Assembly (NCBI RefSeq): GCF_001194135.2
Contig: NC_068994.1
Location: forward strand, 44,423,902 to 44,462,178
Direction: 5' to 3'
DNA: 38,277 nucleotides
DNA from: Octopus bimaculoides
Taxonomy: Eukaryota
Below are positions 12,178 through 22,358 of the stretch, piece by piece; position 1 is the first letter of the stretch; every line of letters starts with the position of its first letter. The notes under the pieces were generated by a model. It was given only the letters and a program-made list of their open reading frames with translations. It ran no database searches and was not told the origin of the DNA. The translations under genes and the position numbers were made by a program.

Positions 12178-12350
12178 ACACAATTACTGGAATAAACAGA
12201 AATTACTAGAATGCCATGAAATATGAGCACCAATCAAAATGTAACCTGTTTAGGATTTATTTCAAATAGAGATTCATCAGTCACCCAAAGAAATTTTACA
12301 GAATATAACTGATCAGATAGCTATCATACTGGTAACTTCATACTGCTTAA

Positions 12351-12896
12351 CCCTTTTGAGTTCAATCTGCTTGGGACCACCCAGTTTTTATGATAGAAAA
12401 CTATTCATTTTAAAGTATTTGTATGAAGAACTTCTTGTTAACCTTTTTCTTACCATATTTCTCTTCAAACACATGACCTTCGTGTCAATTTATTTTGAAA
12501 ATTATGAAGAACTTGGTAAAATAACTTTGTCATTAACACACTGGTGTCTGGTATAAAGGCAGTGAGATGGCAGAATCGTTAGCATGCTTGGCAAAATGCT
12601 TGGCAGCATTTCATCCATCTTTACAATTTGAGTTCAAATTCCACTGAAGTCAACATTACCTTTCATCCTTTCAAGGTTAATGAAATAAGTACCAGTTGAA
12701 CACTGGGGTCAGAGTAATTGACTGGTCTCTTCCCACAGAATTTCAGGCCTTGTGCATATAGCTGGAAGGATTAAGCTGGTGTCTAGTACAAATTAACATG
12801 AGATTTTAATGGACAGTTTTAATTTAGGTCACTTCAAAACAGAAAGTTTGTATCATAAAATGAGGGATGGCCTTGGGTGGATTGGTATCAAAAGAG
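12351..12896. mobile_element. piggyBac-like non-autonomous DNA element (MITE), composite, interrupted by a SINE
   Basis: TTAA at 12347-12350 and 12897-12900; ends cccttttgag / tcaaaagag; 12351-12430 is an inverted copy of 12815-12896; internal TTAA-CCTTTT start at 12438; homolog at 15595. Confidence 0.7.
12556..12775 (+). mobile_element. SINE family B, full length, with 15-bp TSD
   Basis: Flanked by ctggtgtctggtata (12541-12555) and ctggtgtctagtaca (12776-12790). Confidence 0.88.
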
Positions 12897-14005
12897 TTAA
12901 GTTATTTTCCAAATACCAACTTAATAATGAGGAAGTTAGTTGCTTGACTAAATCCTTCCAAATTCTTGTTTATTTTCAAAATTTATTGAAATGCATAAGC
13001 AGTGTATTTCATGTTCAATTTACTGTTTATGTGGTTAACCAAGGAATCTGGTTAACTAATTCTTGACTGGTTCAAGCTATTCACTTCAGCAAATCATTTC
13101 TTTAAATCAAATCATTTATTCAAAAATAGCCATTTTGTTTACACATGATACCTCATTTCAACATGGCAAGGCTAAGGTGAATATAATGGCCTCAAAGACA
13201 TAGCTCAATGCCACTGATGGGAAACAAATCAAAAAATCAATACTTTATTCAATCACCTATGTAGATCTAACTTCAGAAAAAAGACTACAGTTTCAATTCA
13301 TACTCTAAATAAAATTGTCTTGATGATATTTTTGTTGCATTTATTTTATTATTATTATTATTATTTTTTAATTGAACCTGGATTGAGTTGATCTGCAATT
13401 GCTGAATGGTGGTGAACTGGTTTACTGGGTTTGAAACTTATCAAGGATCAATTAGATTTTCATTGCTCCAAGGTCAATAAAATATATTCTATTAAAATAC
13501 AAAGAAACATATTTATTACTAAACCATTGTGCATAGGGTTGTAGACGTCTCTAAAACAGTTGATTTGGGATTTTTTATCTAATCAACAAGGATTGATTGG
13601 ACACAATCAATAGAACCTGATGGGAAATTACCGATATTATTATTATTAGTAGTAAAAGTATTAAGAGCGCTATTCCATTGAAAAAAGGGGTTTATTTTTT
13701 AATTTGTTGTATCACCTTGTTAATTCATCTATTACTTTCCATCTAGGACTGCCTTAACTGCAACTAGACCTCATGGGCTAAAAGCACATTCTTTCTACCA
13801 TATTATGAAGAAGATGGTGCAAGAGGGAGGTCACCAGTTTCAACTTACCACTATGGAATTATGGTATTAGTTAAAGAGCAGACATGTAACTTGCTTCATT
13901 TCTGTAACAGAATTAGTGAAGATATCAACACTTTAATAGAAAGCGAAGGAATATCATTTAAAAATGATATCTCCCACTCTTTCTCCCAGCTTTGCCTCTC
14001 CATCT

Positions 14006-14055
<50 letters not shown>

Positions 14056-14416
14056 AAGTACCTATCCCTTTCTATTTTGCTTACCTTCTGGGTATCTATC
14101 ATTGTATATGAGTGGCTTTCTTTTTCCTTTCCCCATGCAAGTATGAAGCTAAATGTTTATGTTGGACAAAAGAGATGGACTTAATGCCGGGACAGTTATT
14201 CTTCCTTTAATCCCAGATTGGTTAAATGCGTCAGTGAAATGGAGAATAAGAAAAAGCTGCAGCATGGAACTGAAACTTGATGATTTGATGCAGTTTGCCA
14301 GTTTACTTATCTTCTACCCTGTAGTGCACATCACTACCAAACATTATGGGATGTTTAAAGATACATATATCATATCTCCAGTTCTATTATTAAGTGCAAC
14401 AGTAATTAATCTTAAT

Positions 14417-14693
14417 GAGGGTGCATGGTCTAATGGATAGGTTGTTGCCTTCACAATTGCAAGATTATGGTTTCAATTCCTGGAACAGGCAGTGCTTTGT
14501 GTTCTTGAGCAAAATATTTTGTCTCATATTGTTTTGCAATGCTTCAACATCTGACATGTGGCACACCATGCATCTGTTTAGGCTATGTTGACTTGATGGT
14601 GGGAGGAAGTGAGCTTATGTACTGCACAAACATTTGACCACTACAAACGAATCACATGTGCAGGTTGTCCAGCAAGAAATTTGCAGAATCATC
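14417..14693 (+). mobile_element. SINE with family C-like head and a different body
   Basis: gagggtgcatggtctaatgg...ggtttcaattcc...gtgttcttgagcaaaa matches the family C head; the body diverges. Confidence 0.65.
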
Positions 14694-15594
14694 TTCTTTG
14701 GACATGAGAGACTACCAAGAAGGAGTTAACCTTACTTCTACATCATAGGTAATACGTGTTTTAGTAATCACCCTATCCATTGATCTCTTATGGAAGACAA
14801 ATTTGTGCTCATCTTATTAACAAAACATTTGCTTACCTTATTTGTCTTCTCTTATGAATTAGAACATTTTGGATTCTTGTTTGTTTTTGTTTTTTTCTCA
14901 TGGCTTTGAAGAAAAAGAGAATTGCTGATGATCCTTTTTCAGAGCTTCCATGACTGGTTGATAGAAGTGATGAAGTTATCTTAAGACCAATTCTGACCTA
15001 TTCTGAAGGCTTGTAACAGAATGCACTCTATTAAACCACACAAGAACCAGGTGTGGTTTTAAACATGGTGACAGATCAAGAACACACTCATTAATGGATG
15101 CCATAATAATTCACCATGCTATTTCCATTTATGCATTCAGAAAATGTGCTAGAGGAGTAGACATTGCTTCTGTTTCAAAATATAAGAAGTGTTACATTTA
15201 TATTCATGTTCCACCATGTTCACTTGTCCTACATACACTGACAACATAAAACTGCAGTATTCAGTGATGCTACAATGACAAAAGTGTTATGGGACATGCA
15301 ACTGCTGTCTATAAAACTACATTTACAACAAAAAATTGAATATTAACTGGCAATTTTTACATAATTTATGCTGATGTCTGCATGATGAGTGCACACATGC
15401 ATGTGTATGTGTGAGTGTGTACATGTGTATGCATCTGTTGGTTCAGGATGATATGTTTCAGTAGTTCAAAGTTTATTAGTAACTTGGCTGAATATAGGTT
15501 AAGAAGACCAAGACACTTGTCTATATTTCTGAAATTCATTATTACTACAGTTGTGTGGAATTATCAAACCCATACAATTCATATTTTTGTTTAA

Positions 15595-15851
15595 CTCCTT
15601 TTGTTAACAGATTTCTCTTGAAATATATTGCCATTGCTTCAATTAATTTTGAAAATAAGGAAGAATTTAGTAAAATAACTTTGTCGTTATTTAGATGGTG
15701 TTTGGAATATAATTAACTCGAAATTTTGATGAAAGGTTTAATACAAATCACTAAAAAACAGTAAGTTTTTATCATACAACCAAATCACTAAAAGCAGGAA
15801 GTTTTTATCATAGAACCAAAATCAGTCTCTGGCAGGTTGGTTCCAAAAGGC
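15595..15851. mobile_element. piggyBac-like MITE, second copy
   Basis: TTAA at 15591-15594 and 15852-15855; internal sequence (attttgaaaat..gaagaa.tt.gtaaaataactttgtc) homologous to 12442-12555 and 12790-12896. Confidence 0.7.
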
Positions 15852-16145
15852 TTAAGGTCTCCAACAAGAGTCTAGTTTTCAGAACAAATAACAAGGTACT
15901 TGCAAAATAGGCACCCAAATTTGCATTTATCAAGGTCACTGTTATTAATTTTTGTGACAATACCTGTTAGTCCTTGATGTTGTATAAATAAATCATTGGT
16001 AGAATCTCTTTTGTTAAATATAGAGTTCTGCAGCTCTGAGGAACAGAATGAGTATTTTAAGATGGTGGTCTTGATTATTTTTGTATTTCTAAATATATAT
16101 TTTTCTTTTTGTTTATACATTTTTGGTTATCTTCAGGAGCAACCA

Positions 16146-16515
16146 TTTATATTTTGTTTGCTCACATCATTGGACTGCAGTCATGCTAGAGCACTACTTT
16201 GAACAAGTTGACCCCATTCTTATTTCTTAAGTCTAGTACTTAGTCAGTCAGTCTCTTTTTTGCTGAATCACTAAGTTACATGAATGTAAACAAACCAACA
16301 CAAGTTGTCAAATGTTTGTAGTAGTAGAGAACACTGATACAAAACGCACACACACACACACATATGTAATATGCTTCCACACTGTTTCCACCAACCAAAC
16401 TCAATCACTGGCCATACTGGGGCTATGCTAGAAAATACCTGCCCAAGGTGCCACACAGTGGGACTGAACCAGAAACCACAATATCAAAGCAAACTTGTTC
16501 ATCACACAGCCATGC
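16146..16515 (-). mobile_element. SINE family A, near full length, diverged
   Basis: Reverse-complement head gcatggctgtgtg...ggttcagtcccactgtgtggcaccttgggcagg; tail ctaagttaca, catgctagagcac. Confidence 0.8.
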
Positions 16516-16627
16516 TTCACAAAAGCTATGCATAACATTCAATTAAGGATGAACTTGAAAATTTTTATTTCTCACCCAAAGTTTCAACACCTTTTATTTT
16601 TATCTGTAGTGCTAGAATCCTATAGAT

Positions 16628-17000
16628 CAGTGTTTCTTAACCAGGGTCCACATGGCCCCTAAGGGTCCATATAATATTTCTTTTGTGGGGAGTGGCAGAG
16701 TCCACATAGCAATATAGTAAATTAGAGATCCACAATAGAATCTGAAGGGCCCCTGACAAAATTCTGCTTCAGATGTATGTATTGATATGTATTGCAAGAA
16801 ACAGCTGGGTTTCTTTCTATAACATTTTACATAGTTCAATCTACACATGTTAATGTGTGAAAAACAAAATAGGAATTTTGAAAGAAGTCTCTATACAACT
16901 AGTTTTTAAACACTGAAAAGCTCTGGGGTCCACCAGAATAAAATAATAACCAAAGGGATCCATAGATAAAAAAAAAAGAAAAAAAGGTTGACAACCCCTA
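16628..17000. mobile_element. hAT (Charlie-like) MITE
   Basis: Imperfect TIRs CAGTGTTTCTTAACC / GGTTGACAACCCCTA; 8-bp TSD ctatagat (16620-16627) / ctgtagat (17001-17008); subterminal ggg(t/a)tcca motifs at both ends. Confidence 0.8.
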
Positions 17001-17326
17001 CTGTAGATGATGATAGCAAAAAATATTTGATAGATCTTTACCTGTTATAGTAATCTTGTGTCTCCATGCTTCCTGAAATTCACCAGCACTACACCTGATA
17101 TTCCCTGCTCCATCTGCATGCACACATGTATATCATGACTCATACACTGTTCACTTTCCTGACTTTTATACATGCACCTTTGATGAGTTGTAGTGCACCT
17201 GAGCACTATACACAATCATTTCATTGTTATCATTATTATTTTTAACATTGTAGATCGTAAAAAAAATGTTGAAACTCTTGGTTAGAAATATAATTTCTGG
17301 TTTCATTCCTAACTGAATGCTATAAT

Positions 17327-17727
17327 AGACATGCTTGTGTGGTAAAATGTTTGTTTCCAATCCCATGGTTCTGGGTTCAGTCACACTGCACAGTGGTACC
17401 TTGGACAAGTGTCTTCTGCTATAGCCACGGGCCGACCAAAGCCTTATGAGTAGATTTAGTAAATGGAAATTGAGAGAAGCCCATCGTGTGTGTGTGTGCA
17501 CGTCTTTGTGTCTGTGTTTGTCCTCCACCACTACTTGACATCTGGTGTTGGTGTGCTTATGTTCCCACAACTCAGTGGTTCGGCAAAAGAAACTGATAGA
17601 ATAAGTACGAGGCTTACAAAGCAAGTGCCAGGGGTCGATTCATTTGACTAAAGATTTTTCAATGTGGTGCCCCAGCATGGCCACAGTTTAATGACTGAAA
17701 CTACTAAAAAAGCGAAAAAAGAGAAGA
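17327..17727 (+). mobile_element. SINE family A, full length (tRNA head, CORE-like segment, microsatellite, 3' tail)
   Basis: gggttcagtc B box; accttggacaagtgtcttc CORE-like segment; tail ccagcatggccacagtttaatgactgaaac. Confidence 0.9.
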
Positions 17728-17807
17728 TATATATGAGGAAGTGTTGTTCCTTAAAATGATCAGAACCATACTAAGTAAAAATAAACATTTTAGAAATACA
17801 AAAATAA

Positions 17808-17938
17808 TTTTCTACTCAAGGCACAAGGTCCAAAATTTTGGGGGAGGGGACCAGTCGATTAGATTGACCCAAGTACACAACTGGTACTTAATTTATCGAC
17901 CCTGAAAAGATGAAAGGCAAAGTTGACCACGGTGGAAT
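17808..17938 (-). mobile_element. SINE family B, 5'-truncated
   Basis: Homologous to 20451-20580 and to the reverse complement of 12640-12760. Confidence 0.85.
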
Positions 17939-18534
17939 AGAAATACAAAAATTAAGATACCCATTGAACAACCTTGCTTAATGAAACATTAGGTGCCCAT
18001 TTAGTAAACCCTAATAATTTGTTGTGATCTGTATATCAAACCTTTCTTGAATACTCAAAACATGTTAATATGATAAAATGCTTCATATTTTCTGACATAC
18101 AAGTTGACATAGTATATAGGTTGAGGTAGGTTTTTTGCAGTCAAAAATAATCAATGTTTAAGTTGATGCTCATCATATAAGTAGACCCCCCCCCCCNNNN
18201 NNNNNNCCCCACTTTCTCCTGAATAACCACTCTACCAGAGATTTTTTCTTTTGCAGGTACGTTCTTTTGACTGTAAATTTCTTGTCTGAAAAATTCAACT
18301 TGCATGCTGAAAAATATGGTAAATCTTCTTGATCTAATTTTCTTGAATGTAAAATGTATGCATCAAGTGAAAGATGTAATGTCCTTGAAATTGTTGTTTT
18401 GTATACCCATAATGGTGATTCCAACACCATTTTCCTGACAGTTCTATAAATAATTCATATTTATTATGGTCTGTACCAATTATCTACCTCTTTCTAACCA
18501 GGATAATATTCGTAAATTTAATTTTTCTGCCACA

Positions 18535-19290
18535 AATACTATAATATATCAGCATATAATATATACTATAGCATATCAGTATAGAGTTTATATTCCTGGA
18601 TGTCAGTATATGATATCTGAGCATATAGCATATACTATATCAACATATACTATAAACTATATCAGTATATGGTATATATTGAAGTACATTAGTATCTATT
18701 ATATACAAATACAGTACACTGTATAGTGTATTACTATTAATATATAGTATATGCTTTGATATATTAATATAGTATATACTATAGAGTATTGTATATACTG
18801 TAGTAAATCAGCATGTAGAACATACCATACTATTTCAGCACATAGTGTATTGAAAAAATAATTGATCAAAGGTTCTTCCCAGTCCATAATCTCATAAGGC
18901 AGCTTTTCAGATTCTGTGGTGAAAATGTCCACTGAATGGGATTCTGGTCTTTTGGCCAATTGAGTGGACTGCAGCAACATGAAATGAAGAGTTTTGCTTA
19001 AGAACTCAATGCATCACCTGTTCCAGAAATCGAAACCACAATCTTATAGTCATGACTACAACACCCTACCCACTAAGCCATGTATCTCCAAGGATACTGT
19101 TTATACTATAGTATGTGTTAGTTTATATTAGTATATAGCATATACTATAGTATATATTTGTGTGATTTATTATAAAGTAAATACTATGATGTATCAGCAT
19201 ACATACATATTATAGTTTATCAGTATATATTATATATATATATATATGCTATTGTATATCAGTATATAGTTTACATACTACTATATCAGT
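18535..19290. repeat. Degenerate TATACTATAG/ATATCAG(C/T)AT low-complexity minisatellite, split by a SINE
   Basis: Recurring atatcag, tatactata and agtatat motifs at 18535-18850 and 19095-19290. Confidence 0.6.
18890..19090 (-). mobile_element. SINE family C, diverged
   Basis: gagtggactgcagcaacatgaaatgaag.gttttgct.aagaac...cactaagccatgtatctcca aligns with 8520-8649. Confidence 0.8.
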
Positions 19291-19991
19291 AAATAAGTAA
19301 TTCCCCTCATGTCTACTTCATTAGTTTGACAATATATTTCTTTCAATGGAATTCTTTTCCTATCTACTACACTATGCTGCAAGGGGTTGGATGGTTTTAG
19401 AAATTCAAAGATTTACTTTTTTTTTCTTTTTTTAAAGAAAAAGGTTCTTTATTGCTGAAATTACACTAAACTGATTGAGGTAAACAGATTGAGAAGACAA
19501 CTTTCTTCTCAACCCAGAAGTTCAAATTCAAACACAAACTAGTTAACTTTGAACTTCGGTCTATTAGGTCAGCCATTACAATTAGCCAACATTTCAGAAA
19601 TCTTGCAATTCAGAACTAAGAGTGAAGATTGCACTATTGAGGGATTAAAAGGATTTAGCTAATCTCAAACAGAATTGAACTTTCCAATGAGTCTAGACCT
19701 TGTCTTTCCAAACTGTATTCTATAAAAAGCCTTTTTTTTTTTTTTATTTATATGTTAAATATAAGTCTGTTTATATTTTATACAAATCATTTGTTTACAT
19801 TTATTTCATCAATGGTGGAAACCATCAGCAACTTAGGGTGAGATGTATGATAACTCATTTCAAAAACTTTCATGGATAATGGATAACTTAAAATATGCCT
19901 ACATCTTTTTAGAGTCAATGCAAATAACGGAGAATCTATTCTCAGTAGAAGCATTAGGTAACAAATTACACACACACACACACACACATAG

Positions 19992-20342
19992 AGGTGCAGG
20001 CATGGCTGTGTGGTAAGAAGGTTGTTTCCCAACCACGAAGTGTGGTACCTTGGGCAAGTGTCTTCTACTATAGCCTCAGATCAACCAAAGCTTTGTGAGG
20101 GAATTTGGCAGATGGAAACTGAAAGAAGCCCATCGTGTCTGTGTTTATTACAAAACCACTTGACAACTGGTATTGGTATGTTTACATCCTTGTAACTTAG
20201 TGGTTTGGCAAAAGTGACCGATAGAGTAAGTACCAGGCTTCAGAAAAAATAAGTGCTGGAGTCGATTCATTCAACTAAAGATTCTTCAGGGTGGTACCTC
20301 AGCATGGCTGCAGTCTAATGACTGAAACAAGTAAGAGATAAA

Positions 20343-20347
<5 letters not shown>
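19992..20347 (+). mobile_element. SINE family A with a deletion across the B box
   Basis: aggtgcaggcatggctgtgtggtaagaag...accacgaagtgtggtaccttgggcaagtgtcttc...gactgaaacaagtaagagataaaaga. Confidence 0.9.
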
Positions 20348-20376
<29 letters not shown>

Positions 20377-20450
20377 TTCAGTGGAGATTTTATTCTTCAA
20401 ATATGTCAATAGAGCTGTTGAGGTTATATTGATGTATAGATAGCACATAC

Positions 20451-20665
20451 TTTTCTACTCTGAACACAAGCCCCAAAATTTGGGGGGGAGGGGGGCAGTC
20501 GATTAGATCGACTCCAGTACGCAACTGGTACTTAATTTATCGACCCCAAAAGGATGAAAGGCAAAGTCGACCTCTGCAGAATTCGAACTCAGAACATCAA
20601 GACAGATGAAATACCGCGAAGTATTTGGCCCGGTGTGCTAATGAATCTGCCAGCTCACAGCCTTT
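20451..20665 (-). mobile_element. SINE family B, full length, CpG-retaining (relatively young)
   Basis: Reverse complement: aaaggctgtgagctggcagattcattagcacaccgggcc...gagttcgaattc...gtcgactttgcctttcatcc. Confidence 0.9.
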
Positions 20666-20973
20666 ATAGATAACACATAGTACTAAAACCTCCTAAATCN
20701 NNNNNNNNNNNNNNNNNNNNNNNNNNNNNNNNNNNNNNNNNNNNNNNNNNNNNNNNNNNNNNNNNNNNNNNNNNNNNNNNNNNNNNNNNNNNNNNNNNNN
20801 NNNNNNNNNNNNNNNNNNNNNNNNNNNNNNNNNNNNNNNNNNNNNNNNNNNNNNNNNNNNNNNNNNNNNNNNNNNNNNNNNNNNNNNNNNNNNNNNNNNN
20901 NNNNNNNNNNNNNNNNNNNNNNNNNNNNNNNNNNNNNNNNNNNNNNNNNNNNNNNNNNNNTATTTATCAGAAT

Positions 20974-21031
20974 ATTGGGCTGATGAGTCGGAATAGATTA
21001 ATATCTTAACCGCGAAACGTTCGTATCCAAT
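20974..21031 (+). ncRNA. Type I hammerhead ribozyme motif
   Basis: Stem I ATTGGG/TCCAAT; core CTGATGA (20980-20986); stem II G-C closed (20987/21013) with CGG/CCG and AGAT/ATCT helices; GAAA (21014-21017); stem III AC-gttc-GT; cleavage triplet GTA (after 21025). Confidence 0.8.
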
Positions 21032-22017
21032 TAACTAAAGGCAGGTTTGTTTTTGCTTTTCACTCTGGTTTTTTGTTCTATGTGTGCCATAAATATCGCC
21101 ATCCATTTAGAGAAAAATTTGTAGTTTAGAATCAGTAGTTCTTTGACTGCTATTTCTAGATTTCCAGTATGTTGGAGAAGCAACTCAATGCTAATCCCTG
21201 TACATTTATGATGATATATATATATATATATGTGTGCATGTATGCACCTTTGTAAATGTACATATATGTACATGTGTGGCGATGGGCACTCACACACACA
21301 CACATGCATACACACATATCTGTACAAGCTTCATCTATAATGTACAATTACTGTACCTTAGTAAAGAATGATTATCTAATGTACATTCCAATAACTTTGG
21401 TAATTATATTAGGCCTAATTAGTTTGATATTTACTTCTTCTAAACTCGCATCCAAGAAAACACAAGTAGCTTACTGGCTACCTGCTGTTAGCTGCAATTA
21501 ATTACATTTTTGAGAGTAGGAATTCTGGAATGCATTGGTAATACACCATAATGCTAGTCCGAACAATTTTTGTGTCATAATGATATCTGTTATTTTCTAT
21601 GTTTCAAGCTATCTTTATTATGATGCAGGATAACTCTACATTCTACAGTATAGAGAAGCAGTTTTCATCAATTAGAAACAGGTGAATCTCTATCTCTAGA
21701 ACAAATAAAAAAAAAGTGCATGGGTACTATTTGATAACTATATCCCCTGGGTTAAATGGTTTATTTGCAGCTTTCTTTAACAAAAATATCAAGGTAAGAA
21801 ATTTGAAGAAAGCTATACAAATTTCGGGTTAGTTTTATGACAGTAATGATAGATTTTGCTAATATTATTATCAATTCATCAAAATCTATAAAATTTTTTT
21901 TTTTTTAAATGGGGCTGTTTGCAGCAAAAATATTTTTTAGCAATGGAAATAAATGCAAGTGAAAGAAATATTTGGTATGTATATATGTGTTTATATATGC
22001 ATACATGCATGTGTGTG

Positions 22018-22051
<34 letters not shown>

Positions 22052-22228
22052 GCTATATATATGTGTATGTGTGCATACATATAAATACATATATATGTTT
22101 GTATGTGTATATATATATATATATATATAATTGTGTGTGTGTGTGTGTGTGTGTGCATGCGTGTGATGTTAACATTTGTTGTATATTGGGGTAGGTCAGC
22201 TTTTTTAGCAACAGGTTGTGACTCTTAC

Positions 22229-22358
22229 CTTGTGTACATTCAATGGAAACCTCTCTGCTTCCTCTTCCCCTCCTGATGAGGGCTACAGTCGATGACACGG
22301 AGAATTTCCATTTTTTATTCCGTCCCTCATCTGACCAGAACTTAATTCCATCATTATC
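22229..22358 (-). CDS. Candidate exon of an unidentified gene (coding or 5' UTR)
   Basis: Acceptor cgtttctcttgcaag|, donor CAAG|gtaaga; 130 nt with one open frame DNDGIKFWSDEGRNKKWKFSVSSTVALIRRGRGSREVSIECTQ; no recognised homology. Confidence 0.3.

Noticed and set aside
12250-12280. Minus-strand CTGATGA...GAAA
   Set aside because: No credible stem II, stem III or stem I pairing
14837-14997. Minus-strand open frame ending at donor AAG|gtaagc
   Set aside because: Low-complexity Lys/Gln-rich translation of T-tracts; not phase-compatible with the 22229 exon
18187-18210. Poly-C/poly-G run as a G-quadruplex
   Set aside because: Interrupted by an N gap; true length unknown
21256-21501. ORF with a hydrophobic stretch (YLMYIPITLVIILGLISLIF)
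   Set aside because: Starts in a microsatellite; AT-rich DNA yields I/L/F/Y runs by chance; no splice or homology support
22273-22305. CTGATGAG as a second hammerhead core
   Set aside because: No stem II closing onto GAAA downstream
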